Shown here: in pieces, positions 25,712-38,837 of the stretch
Numbering within the stretch: position 1 is the stretch's first letter
Layout of the letters: each line of letters begins with the position of its first letter
Origin: Macrostomum hystrix
Taxonomy: Eukaryota > Animalia > Platyhelminthes
NCBI GenBank assembly: GCA_950097015.1
Contig: CATNEN010000003.1
Location: 372,001 to 436,000, forward strand
Length of the DNA: 64,000 nucleotides
Direction: 5' to 3'
The notes under the pieces: generated by a model
What the model saw: only the letters and a program-made list of their open reading frames with translations
The model's database searches: none
What the model was told of the DNA's origin: nothing
Program-made: the position numbers and the translations under genes

Positions 25712-26504
25712 ATTTGGCTTCTCTAGGTTTACTCATTTTGTTGAACTCTTCAAAAATTAGTAAGAAAACTAGCGTTTGTTGTCAATTCAAAATCGAAGCC
25801 AACGAAGATCGGCTCGGGATACTCCGGGAAAGACTCAAAATCCAGAAAGAAGAGTAGATATCTGGATCGATCTAGGAAGGCCCATAAGAAGAGCAAGAAA
25901 AAGTCGCAACCAACATCGGCTGCAGAGGCACGGAGGCCAAGAGTCGAGGCACAAAGAGAACGAAGCGAAAGGTCAGGACTGCTCATGCCGTGCTCACTCG
26001 CATTGGCGGAATGCAAATCAGGCTGGACTCTGCAAGACCGCTGCTTGGTAACTCACTTTTCTGTCTCGGAGCTGGCCCATCCTCAGTGCTGCGTGGCCTT
26101 GGAGAAAATCAATACCAGGGCTGAGCGGCTAGGAAATCAGTTGGAATCGGCCACGCGGCGGCCACTGGGTCAATCATTTCATTACGCCCAGAGGGTCAAA
26201 GCTAAACCTGAGATTTGTGACCCCAGCAGAAACTGAAGGGTTACTCTGTGCTTGCTTAGTTACTGCTCATCCTGCGGCTGGGGGTCGTGTTTAGGGAATG
26301 CTTGGAATCGTATGGGACTTGGAGCTTGTAGGCTTGAGTATTAACCTGGGATTTTAGAATAAGATAGATGGGTAGGTAATTTTATGTAACATTATTATTT
26401 TCTTGCCGTGTAACAACTGAATTTACTCTAGGAAATTTCAACGCAATTCAATGGTTAAATTGAGACATAATTGGTCGTCTTTAAGGATTAGGGATTTTGA
26501 ATTA

Positions 26505-26945
26505 CCGGATTTGAAGGTCAAATCTAGGTTTGGATTAACGGATTTTAATGTCAAATCTAGGTTTGGATTAATGGATTTCAAGGTCAAATCTAGGTTTGGA
26601 TTAATGGATTTCAAGGTCAAATCTAGGTTTGGATTAATGGATTTCAAGGTCAAATCTAGGTTTGGATTAATGGATTTCAAGGTCAAATCTAGGTTTGGAT
26701 TAATGGATTTCAAGGTCAAATCTAGGTTTGGATTAACGGATTTTAATGTCAAATCTAGGTTTGGATTAATGGATTTCAAGGTCAAATCTAGGTTTGGATT
26801 AATGGATTTCAAGGTCAAATCTAGGTTTGGATTAACGGATTTCAAGGTCAAATCTACGTTTGGATTAACGGATTTCAAGATCAAATCTAGGTTTGGATTA
26901 ACGGATTTCAAGGTCAAATCTAGGTTTGGATTAACGGATTTGAAG
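26505..26945. repeat. 33-bp minisatellite, about 13 copies
   Basis: Unit GGATTTCAAGGTCAAATCTAGGTTTGGATTAAY. Confidence 0.95.
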
Positions 26946-27524
26946 CCAAATTTACTTTTTTTGCAGGTTAAAAGTCATGCCAGTATAGCTTTTCACTGCA
27001 TGATTAAACTTAGAAAAGTCCTGTATATCCAAGTCCTATAGAATTTTTAATGCCTAATTTAGCCTTGTAAGCTACAGTAAGCAGCTTAAAAAAGTTTAAT
27101 CAAGTAAATTAAGGAATTTAAATTCCCAAAAAAGTAGGCAAGAAACTGCTCTTAAAAATTAACGTCACTCCCATTTTACCATTCCATGAGCGATTTCAAT
27201 GGGGAAAGTGCATTGTACCTCATCTGAATAATTAAGTAGGCTTGACTGTTTACCCGGCATTTTTGTTACCAAATGAACTTTAGCATCGCACCAAATCGGT
27301 GAAGTGGGTGACAAGAAGGCTGCGAGAAAATCAGATTAGCGATAACTGGACCAGCTATCGATTGATTTGGAAGCAAGATATCGATTGATGCTGCCTTCAA
27401 CATCTCTGACTTTATCTAGCTTTATCTAACCAAAATAACCAAAACACTGCTTCGCCCGAATCTGGTTGAGAAGCTCTCGTAGAGTTGGTATAATAGCATG
27501 TTACACTTTTAAATACTTAGCTAA

Positions 27525-29380
27525 TATAGCTCTGTCTAACATGTAGCTCTGTCTAACATGTAGCTCTGTCTAACATGTAGCTTTGTCTAACATGTAGCTT
27601 TGTCTCACATGTAGCTCTGTCTAACATGTAGCTTTGTCTAACATGTAGCTCTGTCTAACATGTAGCTCTGTCTAACATGTAGCTTTGTCTAACATGTAGC
27701 TCTGTCTAACATGTAGCTCTGTCTAACATGTAGCTCTGTCTAACATGTAGCTCTGTCTAACATGTAGCTCTGTCTAACTTGTAGCTTTGTCTAACATGTA
27801 GCTCTGTCTAACATGTAGCTCTGTCTAACATGTAGCTCTGTCTAACATGTAGCTCTGTCTAACATGTAGCTCTGTCTAACATGTAGCTCTGTCTAACATG
27901 TAGCTCTGTCTAACATGTAGCTCTGTCTAACATGTAGCTTTGTCTAACATATAGCTCTGTCTAACATGAAGCTCTGTCTAACATGTAGCTCTGTCTAACA
28001 TGTAGCTCTGTCTAACATGTAGCTTTGTCTAACATGTAGCTCTGTCTAACATGTAGCTCTGTCTAACATGTAGCTCTGTCTAACATAGATCTGTCTAACA
28101 TGTAGCTTTGTCTAACATATAGCTCTGTCTAACATGAAGCTCTGTCTAACATGTAGGTCTGTCTAAAATGTAGCTCTGTCTAACATGTAGCTTTGTCTAA
28201 CATGTAGCTTTGTCTAACATGTAGCTTTGTCTAACATGTAGCTCTGTCTAACATGTAGCTCTGTCTAACATGTAGCTCTGTCTAACATAGATCTGTCTAA
28301 CATGTAGCTTTGTCTAACATATAGCTCTGTCTAACATGTAGCTCTGTCTAACATGTAGCTCTGTCTAACATGTAGCTTTGTCTAACATGTAGCTCTGTCT
28401 AACATGTAGCTCTGTCTAACATGTAGCTCTGTCTAACATGTAGCTCTGTCTAACATGTAGCTTTGTCTAACATGTAGCTCTGTCTAACATGTAGCTCTGT
28501 CTAACATGTAGCTTTGTCTAACATGTAGCTCTGTCTAACATGTAGCTCTGTCTAACATGTAGATCTGTCTAACATGTAGCTTTGTCTAACATGTAGCTCT
28601 GTCTAACATGTAGCTTTGTCTAACATGTAGCTCTGTCTAACATGTAGCTTTGTCTAACATGTAGCTTTGTCTAACATGTAGCTCTGTCTAACATGTAGCT
28701 CTGTCTAACATGTAGCTCTGTCTAACATGTCGCTCTGTCTAACATGTAGCTCTGTCTAACATGTAGCTCTGTCTAACTTGTAGCTTTGTCTAACATGTAG
28801 CTCTGTCTAACATGTAGCTTTGTCTAACATGTAGCTCTGTCTAACATGTAGCTCTGTCTAACATGTAGCTTTGTCTAACATGTAGCTCTGTCTAACATGT
28901 AGCTCTGTCTAACATGTAGCTCTGTCTAACATAGATCTGTCTAACATGTAGCTTTGTCTAACATATAGCTCTGTCTAACATGTAGCTCTGTCTAACATGT
29001 AGCTCTGTCTAACATGTAGCTTTGTCTAACATGTAGCTCTGTCTAACATGTAGCTCTGTCTAACATGTAGCTCTGTCTAACATGTAGCTCTGTCTAACAT
29101 GTAGCTTTGTCTAACATGTAGCTCTGTCTAACATGTAGCTCTGTCTAACATGTAGCTTTGTCTAACATGTAGCTCTGTCTAACATATAGCTCTGTCTAAC
29201 ATGTAGCTTTGTCTAACATGTAGCTCTGTCTAACATGTAGCTCTGTCTAACATGTAGATCTGTCTAACATGTAGCTTTGTCTAACATGTAGCTCTGTCTA
29301 ACATGTAGCTTTGTCTAACATGTAGCTCTGTCTAACATGTAGCTTTGTCTAACATGTAGCTCTGTCTAACATGTAGCTCT
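27525..29380. repeat. 17-bp minisatellite, more than 100 copies
   Basis: Unit TAGCTYTGTCTAACATG. Confidence 0.97.
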
Positions 29381-30679
29381 ATCACACAAGTAGCCCTGAC
29401 CAACTAAGTACAGTTTCTTGTTATTTCAAACAAGCTACAAGCTAACAAGCTGTATAACAAGCGCAGGAACCATTCAAACAAGTGACTTCCAAAGTCAAGA
29501 GAAGTTTAAAAAATTTTATGTCAGCTATTGATGCATTTGTGTTTTAATCGGCAGGCGGGCACATTGTACTTTTAACCCAGTGTTTCTGAGCAAAGCAATA
29601 AAAATTTAACTAAAAACTTGCTATTTACGCAAATGGAGTGAAAGAACTTACCACTTCGTGCACCCCACTTTGACGGCTAGCAATCTGTGCTCACTCTTCT
29701 GTCTTTTCAGATTCCTCTTTAGCGGCAGCAGCGGCAGCAGCAGAATCGCTTAGTGAAAGCAATCTGAAATTGCTTCCTTGTCTCTAAAACGAGCTTATGG
29801 AATTAGCTATTAATGCCGAACTTACAGGTGATAAAAGCGCCGACTCACAATGCTCTGAGCAATGAGTTGAGCTGGGAGCCGAACAAAAGTCCGTCATCGT
29901 ATGGCATTGTTAGCCAGTCATTGCCCAGCACCAATGGCCGCAGGGGCTCATGGCAACCAACCCCACCTTTCCCCTCCCTCCTGGCTATTTTGAGACTTGA
30001 AGATGCGATTTCTGCTTGACGATTGGGGACCAAGGCTGGCAGTTTAATGGCCATCTGAATCTGTCCTGCTCCCAACTACTAGCTCCTGACCGCACTAACT
30101 ATTTCACTTCCCTCTCCCCTCTCATATTGCGCTGAATGCTTAGTTGAATCATAATTCTACACGCTCATAGTGCTCTCAGTGCAGAGTCATTGAAAGACGG
30201 GCGCCAACCCGAGGAAGTGCCGAGGAAGTACTTGGGCCAGCGGCTCCTAATTAATATGCCAAGAAGGAGGAATGACAGAGGAGGGACTGGGCCGCATGTT
30301 TTCAATGCGAGGAGGAGTCTGTCTTTCAGCTTTCAATAGAGATGGTGGGGAGATGAGGAGGTGGAGTGGGACAGGGTGATAGGCTTGCTTCTCAGCTCAA
30401 TTAACTGAGTAATCCGAGACTCGGCCGTGTCGCGCTGTACAAATTGTCGGCCGCCTAAGAGGCCGCAGGTAAGAAGAGAATGCGAAAGAAAATTGCGCTG
30501 TGGCAGTTGTGGGCAGCACATAGAAATAATTGCTTCAAGGCTTCAAGGAACCGAAATTCTCAGGTGCGCTCACATCCTGACTAAGCCAAGTCCTCTGCTT
30601 CTGCAGCACCTGCTCACTATGCAGTCTCTCTGTGTGCTCGTCTCCCAGCTTTACTGTTATTATTATGATCATTATTATG

Positions 30680-30930
30680 AGGCATCTTGTAGCGCGTCTG
30701 CCTCTCGCACCGAGGTGCTTGGCTCGATTCCATGGCGAGGCCGCATTCTTTTGGGGCGCAGCCGCGTAGAGAAAGCTTCGGGACTGGTCGTGCAGTTCAC
30801 GCCATTGAAGGCCAACCCCCAAGGCACAGTGAGAGTGTACACTGCCGACGATGAGAAAGTCAGGGCAGATGTACACACCTGTGTGAGTGTGTGCTCAGGA
30901 GTCAGCGAAATCGACAGAATGGCCTCTTTT
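30680..30930 (+). mobile_element. tRNA-derived SINE copy, degraded at both ends
   Basis: TAGCGCGTCTGCCTCTCGCACC...GCTCGATTCC...GCGCAGCCGCG...GATGAGAAAGTCAGGGCAGATGTACACACCTGTGTGAG, shared with the copy at 61719. Confidence 0.85.
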
Positions 30931-32119
30931 ATAACCAAGTTTCGAATCTCGCCCCAAGGACATCGGCATGGCAACTGGTATGCCAACAGTTCTCAAGTTT
31001 TTATGGCTTTTCTATGCTACTTCGCAAATAAAATGCTTTGCGTCGATCAATTTTTAATTGGAAAGCGATGCGCAGAGAGAGAGGCACGCAATGGTTGCCG
31101 TGAGCTGTGAGGCCCTCCAGACAGCATTCTAAGAAATCTCTTCTTCGTCTGCCAACGGTGCCGCCGTCAATAAAGGTGAATACCAATGTCGCTGGTTTTC
31201 ACCTCTATCCCCAGATTTTTTCATGCTAAAGCCCCACTTAGGATCCCTTGGCTGTGCAGTGCTCACAATCTTGAGCTGTGTTGGCATTTAGCGCTCATTT
31301 TCCTGATGGGATAAATGATTGATCAGCTGCTTGGGATGCAGCCCATTGTACTAGTACAATGTGAGCGATACCTTTGGTATTGAATAGCGAAGTGCCAGAA
31401 AGAAATGTGCAACTTTCTGAAATGGGACTTCAATGAAGTGTTCACACTAGTAAAGGGATTAGAGATTAGAGATATTAGAAATTGTGGGGAGGGGAAATTT
31501 AAGAGGGCTGATTGAGGGAGATATGAAAAATGAGATTAGAGATATGAGATGAGGATGAGAAATTAGATATGAGATGAAAGATATGAGATGATGAATAAGA
31601 AGGATATGAGATCATGGATGAGAGACACGTGAGATGAAGGAACGGAGAGAAATGAGATGAGAGATAAGTATGAGAGAATGGAGGACTATGGTAGGTTGGT
31701 AGGTGCAGAGTAACAGACTGCTGGTTTTCATGATAAGGGCAGTGGCTGCTGTGTGCACATCGATGCAAATTGAATCTGCATTCGATTAAGCCAGCAAGCA
31801 GCAGCCTCTCACTCAGTAGTAACTATGCAGCCTTCTTCCAGCTTTCTCTGCAGGTTTTTTCCCTAAAGAAAATGTTTTTGGTAGCTTCAGAGATCGTGTT
31901 CTGCGTTCCCACCTCACTTTGTGCACAAATGGACTGCTTTGGTATGGCCCCGGTGTGTGGCCTTCTACGGAGGAGTTTCTTGAGCCTAATCTCATTAGGC
32001 TCTTTGACTTAGTAAATTCCGCATGGTGTCGATACTCACTTGTTCAAGCTAGAAGGTTTAAAAGTACTTCTGCAGACAATCATCGCCTTGACAATTTTAA
32101 CTTGATGGCAAATATTGAG

Positions 32120-34765
32120 GCCCTCACCAGTAAATTGTAAGGCAATCAACTGTAAAATAGTGAGGCCATCACCTGAAATAGTGAGGCCATCAACTGTAAC
32201 ATAGTGAGGCCATCAACTGTAACATAGTGAGGCCATCAACTGTAACATAGTGAGGCCAGCATCTGTAACATAGTGAGGCCAGCATCTGTAAAATAGTGAG
32301 GCCATCACCTGTAAATAGTGAGGCGAGCACCTGTAAATTGTGAGGCCATCATCTGTAAATGGTGAGGCTATTATCTGTAAATAGTGAGGCCATCATCTGT
32401 AAATAGTGTGGCCATTATCTGCAAATAGTGAGGCCATCACCTGTAAATAGTGAGGCCATCAACTGTAAAATAGTGAGGCCAGCACCTTTAAATTGTGAGG
32501 CCATCATCTGTAAATGGTGAGGCTATTATCTGTAAATAGTGTGGCCATTTGCTGTAAGTAGTGAGGCCATTATCTGTAAATATTGAGGCCATCAACTGTA
32601 AAATAGTGAGGCCAGCACCTGTAAATTGTGAGGCCATCATCTGTAAATGGTGAGGCTATTATCTGTAAATAGTGAGGCCATCATCTGTAAATAGTGTGGC
32701 CATTATCTGTAAATAGTGAGGCCAGCATCTGTAAAATAGTGAGGCCATCAACTGTAAAATAGTGAGGCCATCACCTGTAAAATAGTGAGGCCATCACCTG
32801 TAAATAGTGAGGCGAGCACCTGTAAATTGTGAGGTCATCAACTGTAAAATAGTGAGGCCAGCACCTGTAAATTGTGAGGCCATCATCTGTAAATGGTGAG
32901 GCTATTATCTGTAAATAGTGAGGCCATCATCTGTAAATAGTGTGGCCATTATCTGTAAATAGTGAGGCCATCACCTGTAAATAGTGAGGCCATCAACTGT
33001 AAAATAGTGAGGCCAGCACCTTTAAATTGTGAGGCCATCATCTGTAAATGGTGAGGCTATTATCTGTAAATAGTGTGGCCATTTGCTGTAAGTAGTGAGG
33101 CCATTATCTGTAAATAGTGAGGCCATCAACTGTAAAATAGTGAGGCCAGCACCTGTAAATTGTGAGGCCATCATCTGTAAATGGTGAGGCTATTATCTGT
33201 AAATAGTGTGGCCATTTGCTGTAAGTAGTGAGGCCATTATCTGTAAATAGTGAGGCCATCAACTGTAAAATAGAGAGGCCATCACCTGAAATTGTGAGGC
33301 CATCACCTCAAATAGTGAGGCGAGCACCTGTAAATTGTGAGGTCATCAACTGTAAAATAGTGAGGCCAGCACCTGTAAATTGTGAGGCCATCATCTGTAA
33401 ATGGTAAGGCTATTATCTGTAAATAGTGAGGCCATCATCTGTAAATAGTGTGGCCATTATCTGTAAATAGTGAGGCCAGCATCTGTAAAATAGTGAGGCC
33501 ATCAACTGTAAAATAGTGAGGCCATCACCTGTAAAATAGTGAGGCCATCACCTGTAAATAGTGAGGCGAGCACCTGTAAATTGTGAGGTCATCAACTGTA
33601 AAATAGTGAGGCCAGCACCTGTAAATTGTGAGGCCATCATCTGTAAATGGTGAGGCTATTATCTGTAAATAGTGAGGCCATCATCTGTAAATAGTGTGGC
33701 CATTATCTGTAAATAGTGAGGCCATCACCTGTAAATAGTGAGGCCATCAACTGTAAAATAGTGAGGCCAGCACCTGTAAATTGTGAGGCCATCATCTGTA
33801 AATGGTGAGGCTATTATCTGTAAATAGTGTGGCCATTTGCTGTAAGTAGTGAGGCCATTATCTGTAAATAGTGAGGCCATCAACTGTAAAATAGTGAGGC
33901 CAGCACCTGTAAATTGTGAGGCCATCATCTGTAAATGGTGAGGCTATTATCTGTAAATAGTGTGGCCATTTGCTGTAAGTAGTGAGGCCATTATCTGTAA
34001 ATAGTGAGGCCATCAACTGTAAAATAGAGAGGCCATCACCTGAAATTGTGAGGCCATCACCTGAAATAGTGAGGCGAGCACCTGTAAATTGTGAGGTCAT
34101 CAACTGTAAAATAGTGAGGCCAGCACCTGTAAATTGTGAGGCCATCATCTGTAAATGGTGAGGCTATTATCTGTAAATAGTGAGGCCATCATCTGTAAAT
34201 AGTGTGGCCATTATCTGTAAATAGTGAGGCCATCACCTGTAAATAGTGAGGCCATCACCTGTTAATGGTGAGGCCATCACCTGTAAATGGTGGTGCCATC
34301 ATCTGTAAATAGTGAGGCCATTATCTGTAAATAGTGTGGCCATTATCTGGAAATAGTGTGGCCATTATCTGTAAAAAGTGTGGCCATTATCTGTAAATAG
34401 TGTGGCCATTATCTGTAAATAGTGAGGCCATCACCTGTAAATAGTGAGGCCATCACCTGTTAATGGTGAGGCCATCACCTGTAAATGGTGGTGCCATCAT
34501 CTGTAAATAGTGAGGCCATTATCTGTAAATAGTGTGGCCATTATCTGTAAATATTGTGGCCATTATCTGTAAAAAGTGTGGCCATTATCTGTAAATAGTG
34601 TGGCCATTTGCTGTAAGTAGTGAGGCCATTATCTGTAAATAGTGTGGCCATTATCTGTAAAAAGTGTGGCCATTATCTGTAAATAGTGAGGCCATTATCT
34701 GTAAATAGTGAGGCCATCACCTGTAGAAATTGAGGCCATCACCTGTAAAAATTGGGGCCATCAGC
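32120..34765. repeat. 22-23-bp satellite with higher-order repeat structure
   Basis: Monomer TGTAAATAGTGAGGCCATCATC and variants recurring in a fixed order. Confidence 0.95.
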
Positions 34766-35654
34766 TTTAAAGAGGACAATCATCATCAATCAAAGATGTC
34801 GGTGTGTTTTTTCACAGCGGCTGACATCGCCTTGATTCCGGATGCTGTGGATGCGATCAACCATTGCTTACAACTATCAAACGCAGTCTCTTTTGTATAT
34901 GACAATAAATGGAAAAGCTTGATGGCAAAATGGTATAGGGCATACCAGCCTTAGTTCATACTGGCACACAATGCTATCCTGTTGCAAGCCATGTCATAGC
35001 GAATGTCTCACAAATCTTTTGAAGTCAGATACGGCCAGCGAGTCCTTTGTTCTTACTAATCCTTATCGAGCTCATAATATACTTGCATCTTTCTTCTTTT
35101 TCTTGCTTATGCAGCATAGCGGTCAAGGACAATTGGGATCATGGATTTTTATCAGTATAAAACTTTTCTGAGCGCGACCGCCATAATAACAGGCAGCTAT
35201 GGTCTAATCAATGTGGCCAGACTTACAAATTTGACTTACATTTGTATTACCACTAGTTTAAGCAGTCGGTTTGATTTTACAAACGTGAGTCAAATGAATT
35301 TCAGTTTTACCATCTGAGCCTTCTCTAGATTGATATTTCCTACAAGTCGAATATAGTTTGAAAGAAACAGATGGCTATCGTTGTGGTTATACCTGAATAT
35401 CTAAATTATTTTTTGCATAAGGATATCCTAAAACTACAGTTTTGAAACATTTCTTCTGAATGGAATATAAAAACTGATACTCAAACTCTGTTTAAATATC
35501 GATGCAACTAACAGATGCATTTCAGCTTTTTTCGCATTGTTTAATCCTCAGCAGCCATCCTCGTTACTAGCAGCAATGTCTGTGAGTAGAGTCTGACGCT
35601 TATCTAGCAGATTTATTTATTTGAGCTCTGAACAGATTCCTCCAAATAACCCTG

Positions 35655-35957
35655 AGAACAATGGCAGGGACAGTGAAACCCGCGCTTCCCTAGCCCGCGA
35701 GAGGTAATACCTTCCCATTCCGGTGAATCCTGAGCACACCACGCACACAGGTACTCACACACGTATGTACATTTGCCCTGACTTTCTCTTCGTCAGGCAG
35801 TGTGTACTTCCACTGTGGCTTTCGAGGTCGGCCCTCAAGGGCGCAAATTGCCGACAAGCCATTCCCCGAAGCCTTCTCTCCGCGGCTGCGCCCTAAATGA
35901 ATTTGGTGTCGACACGGAATCGAGCTCATGGACGCTGGTGCGAGAGAAAACGCCACT
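35655..35957 (-). mobile_element. tRNA-derived SINE copy
   Basis: Reverse complement of the family body (TCTCTCGCACC, GCTCGATTCC, GCGCAGCCGCGGAGAGAAGGCTTCG, CTGACGAAGAGAAAGTCAGGGCA). Confidence 0.85.
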
Positions 35958-36357
35958 CACCCACAATATTTCTGCTAACTGTTGAAAATGTTGAATACTA
36001 CTGAGAACGATCTTCGATTCTCTGAAGTATTTTTAGCTATTGTTCGACTGTTTGGGACACAGAAAACAGCAGGTGAAAAAAATTAGTTAAGAATTGGAAT
36101 GTGAAGTTCATATATTTGACTTCTGCTACTAGAAGCCAGTCAACCCTTTTTTCCTATTTTTTAACGACTCCGCATGGCACAACGACCCAGTGCAGAGTCC
36201 TTTGTCACTTGGTTGTATTTCAGAGAGCCTTAGAGTTAATTAATTTTTCAAAAGTTTCTGGCTTATGGTAACCAGAAATATCTAACTGATATAGAATTCG
36301 CAGCGCTTATCAAGGAATGACTCGAAATTTTGTTGTTGCCTTTTTTCCTTCAATAGA

Positions 36358-37610
36358 TTAAATGTCGTCAGCAGAAGTCCAATCCTCAGATGGCTCATCT
36401 CGCTTTCCCAGAAATCCATGGCGCCGCTTTCCTAGAAATGAGTGCCGACGCTTCCCTAGAAACGAGTGACGACGCTTTCCTAGAAATGAGTGACGACGCT
36501 TTCCTAGAAACGAGTGACGACGCTTTCCTAGAAACGAGTGACGACGCTTTCCAAGAAACGAGTGGCGTCGTTTTCCTAGAAACGAGTGGCGCCGCTTTTC
36601 CATGTTCTGCTCATTTTCAAGAAGCCTTTGGTTCATTAGATCCTCCACGCCAGGCTCGTCAGACGAAGCGTCAGTCCGCTCGATAGAGTTGTAGCTTGGG
36701 GGCTCTGGAAGAAAAATTTTACAAGGCTTTGTTGAGAGCAACGTTGCTTAATAGGCTAAAAATAGAATAACTTTGACAACTGTCATGAAATCTTGATCCT
36801 TAAGGTATTGGCTCCATCTCTCCAAGTTGCCCTAAAGATACGATGAGATTTCTTTAGACTGAAGTCTATATGATTGCGATACGAGTGCTAAAGTGCTTGC
36901 AGTCGGATAAAACTGTTTTAGCTTCGCAACAGAAAACTCCACAACTTAGAAGCCCGCAGTTCCCTCTTGTTAATGGCTGCTGCATTGTCTAATTCTGTCG
37001 ACGAGAAATTCTTTGACAAGAAATTCGGCACGCTGGATTCTCAAAACCAGCTCATTGTTTATGGATGAAAGCACTTATCGGCTAAATTTTCCTTATGGTT
37101 AACAATTCCTATTGATTTATTTTTAAGCATTTGCTTGGAATCTTTCTAAGAGGACAGTAATAATATAGCATTGCTTCAAATAGCTAAGAGAGAACAAAAG
37201 ACTTCAACTATTGAGAATGCTAAAAGGAAAAATGTTATCTGACATGCTATAGATAAGAACTCGATAATATTCGTATGTGTCAAAGTCTTGTCTTACTTAT
37301 GAGTTGTTGAACTCAAAGCAAAAAAAGTGATAAAAACACACTTAGAGAACAGTAAGCTCATTCCAGTCTGGTACAATGGTACATAAGCACTCTAGTACAA
37401 TAGCACTTTGGTACGAGAGCACTCTGGTACGAGGGCACTCTGGTACGAGGGCACTCTGGTACGAGAGTACTCTGGTACGAGAGCACTCTGGTACGAGAGC
37501 ACTCTGATACAAGAGGGTCACGGGATCAGCTCACCAGCAGCCGGGTCGGCCGAGCCGATGTCTATGGCCACAAGCAGCACCACAACAAACCAGGCAATCA
37601 GGAGCCTCAT
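36358..37610 (-). CDS. Neuropeptide precursor (7x RHSFLamide, 1x RHGFLamide), exons 37610-37535 and 36704-36358; 140 aa
   Basis: Exon 1 encodes MRLLIAWFVVVLLVAIDIGSADPAA, a hydrophobic signal peptide, and ends in a phase-1 GTGAG donor. It joins the TTCTTCCAG acceptor in frame to give EPPSYNSIE...MEKR-(RHSFLG-KR)7-RHGFLG-KR-DEPSEDWTSADDI. KR convertase sites, Gly amide donors and acidic spacers are all present. Confidence 0.92.
37365..37510. repeat. 16-bp minisatellite in the neuropeptide intron
   Basis: Unit GAGCACTCTGGTACGA. Confidence 0.9.
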
Positions 37611-38837
37611 TGTGAAGTCCGGTCCGTCGTTTCGACTTCAGGTGCCTCCTATCGGGTAGCTAAAAAAAGCCAAACATAAAATACTAGTGCGTGTTGTTTG
37701 CAGTGAACCGAGAATTGTCAATCAATTAGACGTAGCCGAATGAGCGGCTACGTTAAGACAGAAAATAATATATATTTTTAAAACTTCTGCATAGCTTATG
37801 CAATTGAGTTTAGGAAATTAGGAATTCAAATTCTAATTAAGAAAACACATTCGATTCCATCGTTGAGCTGTTTGTATTCAATCATCAGGAGGTCAGTAAA
37901 CTTGCTCCCCGCGTTAAAAAAGAGTAGAGAGGTTTAGAGGGCCAACTATTGAGAGTTCGCGCAAATCCGGCTAAGTCCACAGTCAATGAGCTCGCAGAGT
38001 ATCCGTGAGATTCGCGACCAAGTCTGCAGTTCTCCCGCTAAATATATTATTGATTTTTGTCACTCCACCTTCGGAAGGCGAGCGAGCGATGGGGAGAGCC
38101 CCCATCAATTGCATAGCGACATAAAACATTTCCCATTGACCTCTCCCGGATAGAGAAGTGAGTGAGTCGCCTTCCTCTCTGAGAGATCGTCTTTCCCCAG
38201 CCGCATATCTACAACTCAACACTCTGCGACTGTTACTGTGTTGGAAGTCAATAATTATATCATTGCAATGATGAAGAATCGAGCCGAGGAATCTGGGACT
38301 GATTATGCGGTCGCGCCCTATATGAGGCAAATGATTTATGCAGTTCGCATATAGACTAGTGGGGATATTTCAGCATTATCTGCCGCTCTGGTTTCCCAAT
38401 GCTCAATCTTCGTTTTTCGTTCCGTGTCTCATTCAACTTTCTGGTGTTGGCGGCCCGCCTGCCCGCCTGGCCTCCCACAGTCGGACTCCGGGGTACTCAA
38501 TCTTAGCTATCCGGGCATACAGTCTCGGCTAATTCCGCCTGCACTTCCCCCCTCTACTCATCTGTGCTCAACTGCTTCCTCTGCTGCTTTCCTTTTCTCC
38601 CCTCTTCATCTCAATCTGAAAGTTTTCCAGTCGTTTAATTATTTCTTGTCTAGGAGCTACATTATCCGACTCCTGCAATTTTATCCCTCTAATTGCCCGC
38701 CATACCAGGGTCCAGTTGCTTCCCATTTATCCCATTCTATATCTCCCTAATATATTTTCCCCACTTCTGAATCACTGAGCTGTTTTTATCAGTATTCTCA
38801 TGAATCCTAACTTTTGCTCGATGCCTCATTGTTCTGA

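Noticed and set aside
30427-31110. 227-aa plus-strand ORF
   Set aside because: It reads through a SINE copy and has a non-ATG start.
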